In this document: positions 40,265 through 49,983 of the stretch, in pieces | Numbering within the stretch: position 1 is the first letter of the stretch | How the letters are laid out: the number at the start of each line of letters is the position of its first letter | Assembly (NCBI GenBank): GCA_019894975.1 | Contig: JAGXNO010000003.1 | Location: 1-64,000, forward strand | Source of the DNA: Promethearchaeota archaeon | GTDB taxonomy: Archaea > Asgardarchaeota > Lokiarchaeia > Sigyniarchaeales > SOKP01 | Length of the DNA: 64,000 bases | Direction: 5' to 3' | Made by a program: the position numbers and the translations under genes | Notes under the pieces: generated by a model | The model's input: the letters and a program-made list of their open reading frames with translations, nothing else | Databases searched by the model: none | What the model was told of the DNA's origin: nothing

Positions 40265-40807
40265 ATGTATTGTGATGAAGTCAGGGGGATTTTTCCTCTT
40301 TTAATTTTCCCAGATGAATCTATAAAAAATTCTGAATATTTAATGCGTCCTATCAATTTTCATCCGATTTGGTTTTTAGATACGGAAAGAGAGACAGATT
40401 CTGAACATGTAGATCTAACTTATAACGGAAAAATCTATTTTGCTAAAAAATTCCGAATCGTTTCAGAAGTAGGAAAAAAAAAGGGGGAGTATAAAGAAAC
40501 ACCTTTCAATATGATGGCAGTTATTACAGTTTTCCCTAAAGAAATGAGTATTTATAAAAACACTTTTTCCAAAATTATCTCAGAAGCTATTATAAAAGAT
40601 TTTAAAGATTATTTTCATAAGATTATAAAATCTGAGAAATTGAAAACAGATTTAATTAAGATACCCCGAAATGAAAAATTTATCAAAGAAGGAGATTTTT
40701 TGAAAGAAATTATTAAAAATTTCTTAGACATCATTTTGCAGGATCGCTTTTCCTTTTTGAAACATTATTCTCATAAAGGAGAAAACATGATAAACTTAGA
40801 GAGCTAA
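40265..40807 (+). CDS. uDENN/longin-like protein, short paralog of 62412..63455
   Basis: YCDEVRGIFPLLIFP...MRPINFHPIWFL...HVDLTYNGKIYFAKKF matches the N-terminus of 62412. Confidence 0.65.
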   Translation: MYCDEVRGIFPLLIFPDESIKNSEYLMRPINFHPIWFLDTERETDSEHVDLTYNGKIYFAKKFRIVSEVGKKKGEYKETPFNMMAVITVFPKEMSIYKNTFSKIISEAIIKDFKDYFHKIIKSEKLKTDLIKIPRNEKFIKEGDFLKEIIKNFLDIILQDRFSFLKHYSHKGENMINLES

Positions 40808-40965
40808 GAGAGAGATTCCAAGTAAAGGTTTTCTTTTATAAGTTTATAACAAAAAGCACCTAGCAGGAACTGTTAAATTGTATATATTAATTGAAGGAAA
40901 AAGGAATTTATTAAATTTAAAAAAGAACTATTTGAATTTTATTCGGGATTAAAAAGAAGTGAGAG

Positions 40966-41436
40966 GTGGAATTTGTGTATAAAAAAATTTTGCTGGCTAT
41001 TGATGGATCATCAAATTCAGAAAGAGCTTTGCGCAAAGTGATTGAACTTCAAAAAAATGGGAATAGCAAAGTTGTAATGATTCATTCAATCAAATATTCT
41101 AAAAACTTATTATTACCACCAATAGGCCTTGCATCTGGATATGGCTCATATTACATAAGCGAACCAGAAATATTAGAGGAATCAAAAAGGGAGAGTGAAA
41201 AATTATTATTTTCAATGCAAGAACTATTTAAAAAAGAAAACTTACCAGTTGAAACACGGGTAATTTTAGATGAACATCCTGAAGATTATATTAAAAGAAT
41301 TGTAAAACAAGAACATTTTGATCTTGTCGTAATTGGAACAAAAGGTATCCATTCCAAACGAAATCAGTTAATAATTGGTTCTATAGCCCAGAAAGTAGTA
41401 AAGCATGTAGTGTGTGATATTTTAATTATTAGATAA
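40966..41436 (+). CDS. Universal stress protein
   Basis: YKKILLAIDGS, DLVVIGTKG, IGSIAQKVVKHVVCDILIIR. Confidence 0.92.
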   Translation: MEFVYKKILLAIDGSSNSERALRKVIELQKNGNSKVVMIHSIKYSKNLLLPPIGLASGYGSYYISEPEILEESKRESEKLLFSMQELFKKENLPVETRVILDEHPEDYIKRIVKQEHFDLVVIGTKGIHSKRNQLIIGSIAQKVVKHVVCDILIIR

Positions 41437-41464
41437 TTGAATAAAAAGAGGTGATGTTAAGACA

Positions 41465-41659
41465 ATGCATAATGAAATTACGGATATGAACATCAAAAAT
41501 CATATAAAACCTTCTAATAATGTAAATCATCAAGATCGTCAAAAGGAATTAAGACATAACCCGGGTACTATAAAAAAAGACTTTATATCTTCTATTCGTC
41601 AATGGGAATATAGAAAAAAAATTGAGAAATTTAAAGGAAACTTAAGGAAACTAAGATAA
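41465..41659 (+). CDS. Small basic hypothetical protein
   Basis: GAGGTG RBS upstream; 64 aa. Confidence 0.5.
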   Translation: MHNEITDMNIKNHIKPSNNVNHQDRQKELRHNPGTIKKDFISSIRQWEYRKKIEKFKGNLRKLR

Positions 41660-41947
41660 ATCATTCATTTGTTGGCATTAATATTGAATTAAAAGAAGTC
41701 GCGAAGTTTACCAGTTGAATTCGATGTTGAAAGTTTACTTCGAAGAAGTTAAGTTATATCCCTAATCATATTTATAGAAATATATCTAAGGACGTATAGG
41801 GGTGATAATTATAATAGAATTATTGAATAAAAAGAAAAAAGTCATAGGATATGTAGAGGGAAAAAAATATTTCTGGAAACCGATCTATAGAAGAGATTTG
41901 GATGAGGATATGGACATTTCAAATTTTAAATTCATATTAAAACTAAT

Positions 41948-42232
41948 TTATTCATTTAACATTTCAAGTATTTTTTTTCCGAGCTTTTTTATAATAGGAA
42001 CATGTCCTTGAGTAAACATTATACCATTTATGAATATTATAGGTGGTTCAAGGTTTCCATATTTTTCAATAACCTCATTAGATGTCGCATCCTTATATAT
42101 AATTTCAATTTTATCCTTGAAAATAGTAACGGTGTCCATCATTCTTTCAATAACCTGCTTAGTTTTACAACATTTTGCACAAGAATTTTCAGGATCTTCC
42201 TTAATCAAGATTTGAATAACAATCTCATCCAA
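41948..42232 (-). CDS. Thioredoxin-like small protein
   Basis: CAKC motif, KYG..PPIIFING..QGHVP thioredoxin pattern. Confidence 0.8.
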   Translation of the reverse strand: MDEIVIQILIKEDPENSCAKCCKTKQVIERMMDTVTIFKDKIEIIYKDATSNEVIEKYGNLEPPIIFINGIMFTQGHVPIIKKLGKKILEMLNE

Positions 42233-42269
42233 TTAAATCACTAATTTCTTGATTTGTTTTCAGTATATC

Positions 42270-42800
42270 TTATTTATTTTTACTTTTTTCTAATTCTTCT
42301 AATTTCTGTTCAGTTATTTTATATTTAGTAATGTCACGTATTGTCTCAATTGCTCCAATGATTTTATCATGAATTCCGTATAAAGGTTCCGCCTTAATCC
42401 ACAGATATTTACCCTCGTATGATAATTGTGGCAAAAACACTTCAGCTGTTATCGTATTTTTTATTTTTTCAAAGTGAATAAATTTTTTTTCATTTTCCTC
42501 ATGGGATTTTATTAATAATTCCGCTAAATTTGGAATTTTCTCCTCATAATAAGGGATTTGATATTCATAACTATCTTTTCCGATCATATCTTCTGCTTTT
42601 ATATTTGTAAATTCCTCCATTGCAGGATTCCATGCAATAACTTTTTCCTCATGATTGAGAATGAAAGTTGGGTCTGGTAAAAAATTAAGAATTTCTGCTA
42701 ATTCACACTTAATTTTCAGATATTCTTCTGCTAACTTTAGCGTTAAACCTTTCCCGTTTTCTTCAAATTGTTTTGATTTATTTTCGGCATCCTTCAACAT
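42270..42800 (-). CDS. Stand-alone PAS domain protein
   Basis: LPDPTFIL..KVIAWNPAMEEFT...IIGAIETIRDIT. Confidence 0.88.
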   Translation of the reverse strand: MLKDAENKSKQFEENGKGLTLKLAEEYLKIKCELAEILNFLPDPTFILNHEEKVIAWNPAMEEFTNIKAEDMIGKDSYEYQIPYYEEKIPNLAELLIKSHEENEKKFIHFEKIKNTITAEVFLPQLSYEGKYLWIKAEPLYGIHDKIIGAIETIRDITKYKITEQKLEELEKSKNK

Positions 42801-42826
42801 TCTTCACCTTTATTATTCCAATTTTA

Positions 42827-43315
42827 TTAATCTTCCTCAATAAGTCTTCTTTCCATTACAATCATAATGGGCATGAATCCCGCGTTCCCAAATACCTTAA
42901 GCAATTTTTCCTGAGTACCATAACCAAGATTAATTCTTATTGATTCACATCCCCATGATCTTAGTATCTGAATCGCTTTATCTGCTAAAATTTTACCTAC
43001 ATGTTTACCGATAAATTCTTTGGTTATAACCCAATTTTCCAAGTACCCAATATATTGCCCTAAAGTATTCTTTGAAGCCTCTATCATTCCCATGCCTATA
43101 ACTTCCTTAGTTGATTTTAACTCAGCAATTAAAGTTATTCGCTTTAATTTTGGTTTAAATTGTCTTAGACCAGATGAAGATCTCCAATGTTCTTCCTTTA
43201 ACCCGATATCATATATATCGTGGAGTTGCTTTAATAATTCTAATGTAGCTTGATAATCTGTAGTTTTGTAATTTCTGATTACAATCTCATCTTCCTTAAC
43301 TTCATTATTTAACAT
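42827..43315 (-). CDS. GNAT family acetyltransferase, paralog of 61914..62390
   Basis: IRNYK..DY, GKHVGKILAD acetyl-CoA loop; SSGLRQFKP shared with 61914. Confidence 0.75.
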   Translation of the reverse strand: MLNNEVKEDEIVIRNYKTTDYQATLELLKQLHDIYDIGLKEEHWRSSSGLRQFKPKLKRITLIAELKSTKEVIGMGMIEASKNTLGQYIGYLENWVITKEFIGKHVGKILADKAIQILRSWGCESIRINLGYGTQEKLLKVFGNAGFMPIMIVMERRLIEED

Positions 43316-43407
43316 GAGATTTTAGTAGTTAATTTTTTAATAATTTTATTGAAGCACTAAGAACCTCCTTAATTTCAATTAAATGATAACCAACTAGAAT
43401 AAATGAA

Positions 43408-44775
43408 TTAAGGGAAAATCCCTCTTAATTCAATCGCTTTGACGATTCTTGATACAGCAATAATATAAGCAGCTGTACGGAGTGTAGTCTTTTTATCTTT
43501 TGATAACGTATAAACTTGTTCAAAGGCTTTTAAAATGATCATTTTCAACTCTTTATTAATTCGTTCTAAATCCCAGAAGTAAGCATGAATATCTTGAACG
43601 TATTCAAAATATGAAACACAAACACCTCCTGCATTCGCTAGAATATCAGGAACTACATGAACACCTTTGTTAAATAGGATCTTATCGGCATTAGGTGTAG
43701 TAGGTCCATTTGCCCCTTCCAAAACAATTTTACATTTAATTTCATTAGCATTAGTTTCTGTGATTTGATTTTCAAGGGCAGCAGGAATCAAAACATCACA
43801 CTCGAGTGTAAGCAAATCCTCGTTTGTAATTAACCTATACCTCTCATCCTTATAATCTTTTAAGTATTTGCCCTCTCGAGTCCATTTTAGTAATTTATCA
43901 ATTTCTAATCCTTCCGAAGAAAAAATACCACCACTAATATCTGATACAGCAACTATTTTGCATCCTTCTTTGAATAATAAATTGGCAACAGTACCCCCTA
44001 CATTTCCAAAACCTTGAATCACAATTTTCTGAGATTTTAGGTCTAAATTTAGCTTTTCACAAAAAGCTTCAAGTACAAAATATAATCCCATACCAGTTGC
44101 TGTTTCTCTCCCAACTGACCCCCCAATTTCTATTGGTTTACCAGTCACAACTCCGGGTACGGCTCTCCCTTTATTCATACTGTAAGTATCCATTATCCAT
44201 GCCATAATTTGAGCATTGGTATTAACATCTGGAGCAGGTATATCAATATCGGGGCCTATAATGTTAATTATTTCAGAAGTATACCTCCTTGTAAGTTTTT
44301 CTAATTCAGTTCTTGATAAGTATCTGGGATCAACACAGATTCCACCCTTTGCTCCACCTAAAGGTAGATCTAGTAGACTACATTTCCAAGTCATCCACAT
44401 AGCTAACGCTTTAACTTCATCAAGGTTAACATTTGGAGCGAATCTAATACCCCCTTTTCCCGGACCACGAATGGTTGAATGATGGACCCTATATCCTTCA
44501 AAAATCTCTAAATCCCCATTATCCATCTTTATTGGGATTGAAACAATTAGAGCTCGCTCTATTCTTTTAAGAAATTTCTTAATATTATGATTTAGTCCCA
44601 TCTCTTCGGCAACAATATCAATTTGTTTTTTTGCCACCTCAAATGGTTTGTTTTCAATTGCAGTTTCTTTCTCTACTCTTTTAGAAATACTAATTTGATT
44701 AGAGGTAATTGGAACGTCTGGATAAATTAATTTTGTCTGATCTTCTTTTTTATTTTCTAACATCTTCAAATGCAA
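43408..44775 (-). CDS. gdhA: Glu/Leu/Phe/Val dehydrogenase (glutamate dehydrogenase)
   Basis: GPGKGGIRF, MTWKC, GGAKGG, DIPAPDV, QGFGNVG, NAGGV. Confidence 0.95.
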   Translation of the reverse strand: MHLKMLENKKEDQTKLIYPDVPITSNQISISKRVEKETAIENKPFEVAKKQIDIVAEEMGLNHNIKKFLKRIERALIVSIPIKMDNGDLEIFEGYRVHHSTIRGPGKGGIRFAPNVNLDEVKALAMWMTWKCSLLDLPLGGAKGGICVDPRYLSRTELEKLTRRYTSEIINIIGPDIDIPAPDVNTNAQIMAWIMDTYSMNKGRAVPGVVTGKPIEIGGSVGRETATGMGLYFVLEAFCEKLNLDLKSQKIVIQGFGNVGGTVANLLFKEGCKIVAVSDISGGIFSSEGLEIDKLLKWTREGKYLKDYKDERYRLITNEDLLTLECDVLIPAALENQITETNANEIKCKIVLEGANGPTTPNADKILFNKGVHVVPDILANAGGVCVSYFEYVQDIHAYFWDLERINKELKMIILKAFEQVYTLSKDKKTTLRTAAYIIAVSRIVKAIELRGIFP

Positions 44776-44802
44776 TTCAGAATTATTTTTATTCTACCTT
44801 AT

Positions 44803-45069
44803 TTAATCTGATAAACAAATGCAGTTCCATTTACGTTTGACTTTTTGCGTTGTCATGATTTCTGTATCATTTAAGTTTGACTTAGTCTTTGACTCAATGG
44901 GGCAATGTTTCAACCCTGCAGGAATCGAGTTTGTTTCACAATTCCATTGGTATTCTCTCCTGTCTCCATTAAGTAAAGCACCAAAAAATATGAAATGATC
45001 TTTACATAAATGACATATATTCCTAACAGAAGAATATACATGTCCGCATTTTGGACATCTATTCAACAT
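44803..45069 (-). CDS. Small Cys-rich hypothetical protein
   Basis: CPKC...CHLC; WNC occurs twice. Confidence 0.5.
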   Translation of the reverse strand: MLNRCPKCGHVYSSVRNICHLCKDHFIFFGALLNGDRREYQWNCETNSIPAGLKHCPIESKTKSNLNDTEIMTTQKVKRKWNCICLSD

Positions 45070-45201
45070 AAGATTTTTTCTATCCTATTAGATTTAATTC
45101 AAATTAATTTCTATGTAGAATATGATAACAATAGGTTAAAAATCTATCGTAAGTGGGTGAAGGATGGGATCTAAGTATAGATAAGACATATTGATAATCT
45201 A

Positions 45202-45534
45202 TTGAAGTTAAACTTATATAATATTAATTTTTTCTTTTTTATAATGCCAAATATCGAATTAAGTGATATTGTTAAACAAAAATTAGATACCTTAAAGGAA
45301 ACTTCTGGTAGTAAAACTTATTCAGATACTATCAATTATTGCATGCTTCAAGTGGAATTATTAAAACAAAATCAAGAACTCTTAAAAGAAATAAGACATA
45401 GACAAGAAGCATTAACTGAAATAAAAGATATTCTCGATAAAAGAAACTTTACTGATATTTTTATTCAAATTGTAAAAGAAATTTTAAATTTGAGTGATGC
45501 AGAAAAGGAAAAAATTATGAAGACTATTGATTAA
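45202..45534 (+). CDS. Small RHH/VapB-like DNA-binding protein with coiled coil
   Basis: MPNIELSDIVKQKLDTLK...KTYSDTI pattern; likely start is ATG 45244. Confidence 0.5.
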   Translation: MKLNLYNINFFFFIMPNIELSDIVKQKLDTLKETSGSKTYSDTINYCMLQVELLKQNQELLKEIRHRQEALTEIKDILDKRNFTDIFIQIVKEILNLSDAEKEKIMKTID

Positions 45535-45609
45535 GAACATTTTCTTCACTTAAATTTGGGTTCTTTAATGTGAAATTACCAATTCTAAGTTAATCTCCTT
45601 CATGGAAAA

Positions 45610-46848
45610 TTAGAAGAGTGCCAATGGTACATCTTTAAGAAGGTCAACTGTTGTGTATTGATTTTTACCTCCAGATCTCAAGAAACTCATTGCTTGCTCA
45701 ATACCTTTAATTGTTAAGTGAAAAGTAGGAATGACTCTAGCTATTTTCATTTTGGTCCAGGACATCCAATCATACCTTACTGGCTCAGGATTCAGCCATA
45801 TTACATTCTTTTTGTAATGATTTGCAATTTCATTAATATAATAAAGCCCAGATTTTTTACTGCTCACATCATCATAAAGAGCACCGTGGGGATTTACTAT
45901 TTCGCTGCGGTGCATTGTTTGGTCTCCCACAATTATTACTCGGTAAGAATCATCATATTTTTTTAATAAATCTTCGAATTCTATTGCTTCCTCTACATTC
46001 CTCTCAGCGTTATCATACAAATAATTATAGATACAATTATGAAAGTAATAATACTTAAAGTCTTTCCAATGTGATATATTGTTGGCTGCAGAGAATAACA
46101 GGTTTACTTGGTGGATATAGATGTCCATCGTTCCTCCAACATCCATCAGAAGTAAAATCTTAATGTCATTCTTTTTCCTCTTGTTAAAAATTAGTTCAAT
46201 ATCACCGCCGTTACGTCCGGTCTCATGGATAGTTTTTGGGAGATCTAGTTCATCCCTTTTCCCAATCTCATCTAATCTTCTAAGTCGCTTTAACGCCATT
46301 TTTATTCGTCGTGTGTCTATTACTAAATCTTTCCGGTAATCTTTAAAAATCCTTTTCTGAGCAATTTTCACAGCACTATGCATACCATAGTCTCCACCAA
46401 TTCTGAAACCTTCTACATTTAGTCCCGAATGACCGAAGTTTGATTGTCCCTGGGTACCAATCCATCTATTTCCAAAATTATGTTCCTCATCCTGCTCGCT
46501 AAGTAGTTGTCTGAATTGTCTTTCCAATTCTTCTAAACTTGTATTCTCAAAAAATTCTTTCAGAGATCCAGGAATGCGAAAAATTGAAAGATTTGTTTGA
46601 AGCCACTCCCAAATCTCTTGTTTAATGTCTTCAGGAAATTCTATACCCGCATCTTTGAAGTAATTAGCGAATGCAATGTCATAAATATCAAAATGATGTT
46701 CATTCTTACACAGAATAGAACGAGAAATATAATAGAAATCAACCATGTTATTTATTAATCCCTTATCGAGTGCTTCCAATAAGGTCATAAATTCGGTAAT
46801 ACTAACAGGTAGTATTTCTTTAAGGTAAAAAAAATAGTCTAAGAACAT
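45610..46848 (-). CDS. vWA domain protein (CoxE-like)
   Basis: LLMDVGGTM, YFHNCIY, VGDQ, WLNP; downstream of MoxR. Confidence 0.88.
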   Translation of the reverse strand: MFLDYFFYLKEILPVSITEFMTLLEALDKGLINNMVDFYYISRSILCKNEHHFDIYDIAFANYFKDAGIEFPEDIKQEIWEWLQTNLSIFRIPGSLKEFFENTSLEELERQFRQLLSEQDEEHNFGNRWIGTQGQSNFGHSGLNVEGFRIGGDYGMHSAVKIAQKRIFKDYRKDLVIDTRRIKMALKRLRRLDEIGKRDELDLPKTIHETGRNGGDIELIFNKRKKNDIKILLLMDVGGTMDIYIHQVNLLFSAANNISHWKDFKYYYFHNCIYNYLYDNAERNVEEAIEFEDLLKKYDDSYRVIIVGDQTMHRSEIVNPHGALYDDVSSKKSGLYYINEIANHYKKNVIWLNPEPVRYDWMSWTKMKIARVIPTFHLTIKGIEQAMSFLRSGGKNQYTTVDLLKDVPLALF

Positions 46849-46861
46849 GGAAATTTGAAAT

Positions 46862-47722
46862 TTAAGTTGGAAATTTTAATTTTTCTATAGCGATTTCCAG
46901 ATCTTTTTCTTTCTTAATCAAGACACCTAAAAATGGAACTCCTTTCTTTAATTCCTCAATTGTAATTCCACTTTTCAGTAAAACCCCAATCCAATCAAGG
47001 AGCTCAGACGTAGAAGGTAATTTCCGCATCTTTGTTATAGCTCTTAAGGCATAAAAATGATTGAGGCACTGTTCCAATAAATTTTCTTTTAGGTTAGGAT
47101 AATGAAGATTACATATATCTGCCATGAAATTTCTCGAAGGAAATTCAATCCAATGAAATACACATCGTCTTAAAAAAGCGTCAGGAAGTTCTTTTTCATT
47201 ATTGGATGTAATGATGACTATCGGTCTGGTTTTTGATTTTACGAATTCCTTTGTCTCTTTGATATAAAACTCCATAACATCTAATTCTTGTAATAGATCG
47301 TTTGGAAACTCGATGTCAGCTTTATCAATCTCATCTAAAAGAAGAACAACTTGCTCCTCATCATCAAAAGCTTCTCCTAATGGTCCAAAAGTGAGATAAT
47401 CATGTATGTTATTAACATCGCGATCATCGCAACCAAATCTGCTATCATTCAATCTTTGAACTGTATCATACATGTAGCATCCATCAATAGCTTCAGTTGT
47501 ACTCTTGATATTCCAGATTATCAGTTTTTTATTTAAACTTAATGCGATCGCATGGGCTAGCATAGTTTTTCCTGTTCCAGGTTCTCCTTTCACTAATAAA
47601 GGACGTCCTAGCGCAATAGATACATTAACGATGTTTCTTAATTGGGGATCTGCTAAATATTTAACAGTATCTGTTTTTACGTCTCCTTTAAATTTATTAA
47701 AAGTAGCATCCATACTAATCAA
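46862..47722 (-). CDS. MoxR family AAA+ ATPase
   Basis: GEPGTGKT, LLDEIDKAD, TSNNEKELPDAFLRRC. Confidence 0.93.
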   Translation of the reverse strand: MISMDATFNKFKGDVKTDTVKYLADPQLRNIVNVSIALGRPLLVKGEPGTGKTMLAHAIALSLNKKLIIWNIKSTTEAIDGCYMYDTVQRLNDSRFGCDDRDVNNIHDYLTFGPLGEAFDDEEQVVLLLDEIDKADIEFPNDLLQELDVMEFYIKETKEFVKSKTRPIVIITSNNEKELPDAFLRRCVFHWIEFPSRNFMADICNLHYPNLKENLLEQCLNHFYALRAITKMRKLPSTSELLDWIGVLLKSGITIEELKKGVPFLGVLIKKEKDLEIAIEKLKFPT

Positions 47723-47859
47723 AATTATTGTAAAATTAAATAATTTTTGAATTTAAACTCTAATATAATAAGTCAGAATTCTCTTTTGAGGTTCAAAAAA
47801 GTTTATTAATAAGTTTGGCATAGTTTAAAATTAGATAAGAGAATCCATTTTTTTAAAAA

Positions 47860-48963
47860 ATGCCTAATATTACATCTCTAATAACTCGGAGAATTAAGCC
47901 CATATGTGCAGTATGGGAAATTACGTTAAGATGTAATAGTAAATGTATTCATTGTGGCTCAAAAGCAGGAGAAAGTCGTTTTAATGAGTTGAATACCAAT
48001 GAAGCTTTAACATTAGTAAAAGAATTAAACGATTGTGGTTATAAAGGAGTTGCATTAATGGGCGGCGAACCGCTCATAAGGGAAGATTGGTCTAAAATTG
48101 CTAAAGAAATAAAAAGATATAAAATGGATTTATCAATTGTCACAAATGGATTAAATCTGATTAGGCAAAGTCATGATCTGAAAAGAGTAAAACCAGATTG
48201 CGTCAGCTTAAGTTTAGATGGAGGTACTCCAAAGACACATGATCATATTCGGGGATTTCAAGGATCATTTAAGAAAACACTTGAAGCTATTAATGTGTTA
48301 AAGGATTTAAAAATACCCACAAGTGTAATTACAAGTGTTAACAAAATTAATCTTAAGGAATTGAATCTAATTAAGAATTTACTTTTAGATAGAAGTATTG
48401 CTTGGCAAGTTCAAATCTGTGTTCCTATTGGACGATTTCCTAAAGAACTAGTTATAAACAGAGAAGAATTTTACACATTAGCATTATTTATAGCGATAAA
48501 TCAAAAAAAATATTCATCTCGAAGATTACCATTGATAGGAGCTCATTGTCTTGGGCATTTCTCAAGATTTTTGCCAAATTTAGGTTTAAGTCCATGGGTC
48601 GGATGCCAAGCAGGATTATCAGTATTAGGAATTCAAAGTAATGGAGATATTAAGGGATGCTTAACTCTTCCAGACGAATTTATTCAAGGGAATGTAAGAA
48701 CTCAGAGTTTAAAAGATATTTTAGAAAATTTAAGATCCAGAAAGAAACAGCTACCTCGTAAGTGTATTAATTGTGATGTAGTAAAATCATGTAGAGGCCA
48801 TTGTTTAGGAACTGCTTATGCACTTAAGGATTTTGAAGATCATTATTGTTTAAGAACTATTGAAAAAGAACTTTTTAATTTAGAACAACTATCAATTAGA
48901 GGAAAATTGGATTCAACTTACTCAAAATTTAAAAATTTTTATTATAATCTTATAATCAAATAA
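47860..48963 (+). CDS. Radical SAM/SPASM domain protein
   Basis: CNSKCIHC, GGEP, SLDG; SPASM Cys set CQAG...GDIKGC...CINC....CRGHC...C. Confidence 0.92.
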   Translation: MPNITSLITRRIKPICAVWEITLRCNSKCIHCGSKAGESRFNELNTNEALTLVKELNDCGYKGVALMGGEPLIREDWSKIAKEIKRYKMDLSIVTNGLNLIRQSHDLKRVKPDCVSLSLDGGTPKTHDHIRGFQGSFKKTLEAINVLKDLKIPTSVITSVNKINLKELNLIKNLLLDRSIAWQVQICVPIGRFPKELVINREEFYTLALFIAINQKKYSSRRLPLIGAHCLGHFSRFLPNLGLSPWVGCQAGLSVLGIQSNGDIKGCLTLPDEFIQGNVRTQSLKDILENLRSRKKQLPRKCINCDVVKSCRGHCLGTAYALKDFEDHYCLRTIEKELFNLEQLSIRGKLDSTYSKFKNFYYNLIIK

Positions 48964-48993
48964 TTTAACAATAATAGAGAAGGGTTTTAAAAA

Positions 48994-49302
48994 TTGATTA
49001 AAGAATTATTTCAAATATATAAAATTGGTAAGGACCTAAATCTTTCTAAAAAAGAAATTAATGGATCTCTTTCTTTTAAAGAAGAATCTCATAAATTTAG
49101 AGATAGGATCATTTATTCGATAATTTTGCTGGTTCTGGTAATTTTAACGGGAGCTGTAATTTTTCTTGCCACTCAAATTGGAATAATTGAACCCATCACT
49201 ACTTCAGGTTCAAATACATATGGAGCAGATGGCGCAAGATATTCCACCATAAGGATAAAGGACTTTAAAAAAAAATTTAGATATTACATTCAAATAAAAT
49301 AA
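48994..49302 (+). CDS. Membrane-spanning small protein, putative precursor peptide 1
   Basis: IGKDLNLSKKEI leader, hydrophobic segment, YGADGARYST..KDFK tail. Confidence 0.75.
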   Translation: MIKELFQIYKIGKDLNLSKKEINGSLSFKEESHKFRDRIIYSIILLVLVILTGAVIFLATQIGIIEPITTSGSNTYGADGARYSTIRIKDFKKKFRYYIQIK

Positions 49303-49332
49303 TGTGTTGAAAAAGGAGGTGAAATTCTAAGT

Positions 49333-49587
49333 ATGATTAAAAATTCTTTTCATTTATTTCAAATTGGAAAGGAATTGGGATTAACTAAGAAAGAAATAAA
49401 AAATTTATCCCTGTTTGGAAATACTAAGCACCCATTCTTATATACGATCGTAATGATCGTATCAATTGTTGCATTTGGGATTTTAATAATTTTTTTAGGT
49501 ATACAAGCCTTTAGAAAGATATATCCCTCGGGAACATTATACTCAACAGTAAAGAAAGAGGATTTCAAACGAAATAAACAAATTTAA
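49333..49587 (+). CDS. Membrane-spanning small protein, putative precursor peptide 2
   Basis: GGAGGTG RBS; IGKELGLTKKEI, hydrophobic segment, YPSGTLYSTVKKEDFK. Confidence 0.8.
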   Translation: MIKNSFHLFQIGKELGLTKKEIKNLSLFGNTKHPFLYTIVMIVSIVAFGILIIFLGIQAFRKIYPSGTLYSTVKKEDFKRNKQI

Positions 49588-49688
49588 TTAAAAAAATTAA
49601 TAAGAAATTTAAAAGTGAATGCTCTTCTAAAATAAGAATAAATGTAAGATCAACTAAAAGGGTTGAAAAGAGAGGTGAAAACTAAAAA

Positions 49689-49934
49689 ATGTTCAAAGAT
49701 TTTTTTCAGTTATATCAAATTGGTAAAGATTTAGGTTTAACTAAGAAAGAAATAAAAGATTTTTCCCTATTTGGGAATACCAAGCACCCATTCTTATATT
49801 CGATTTTATTGGTTTTATCTATTATTGCAATTGGGATTTCAATAATTTTAGGTATATATATTGAAAGAAGTACATATGCCTCAGGATCGTATTACTCTAC
49901 AGTAAAAAAAAATGATTTCAAACTAAGAAAGTGA
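49689..49934 (+). CDS. Membrane-spanning small protein, putative precursor peptide 3
   Basis: GAGGTG RBS; IGKDLGLTKKEI, hydrophobic segment, YASGSYYSTVKKNDFK. Confidence 0.8.
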   Translation: MFKDFFQLYQIGKDLGLTKKEIKDFSLFGNTKHPFLYSILLVLSIIAIGISIILGIYIERSTYASGSYYSTVKKNDFKLRK

Positions 49935-49983
49935 ATTTAATTGAGAATTTAAGAAGAAATATCAATGTAAACCCTCTTAAAAA

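Noticed and set aside
41802-42011. 69-aa ORF behind a GGGGTG RBS
   Set aside because: Overlaps the thioredoxin gene antisense; possibly a fragment, no recognisable domain.
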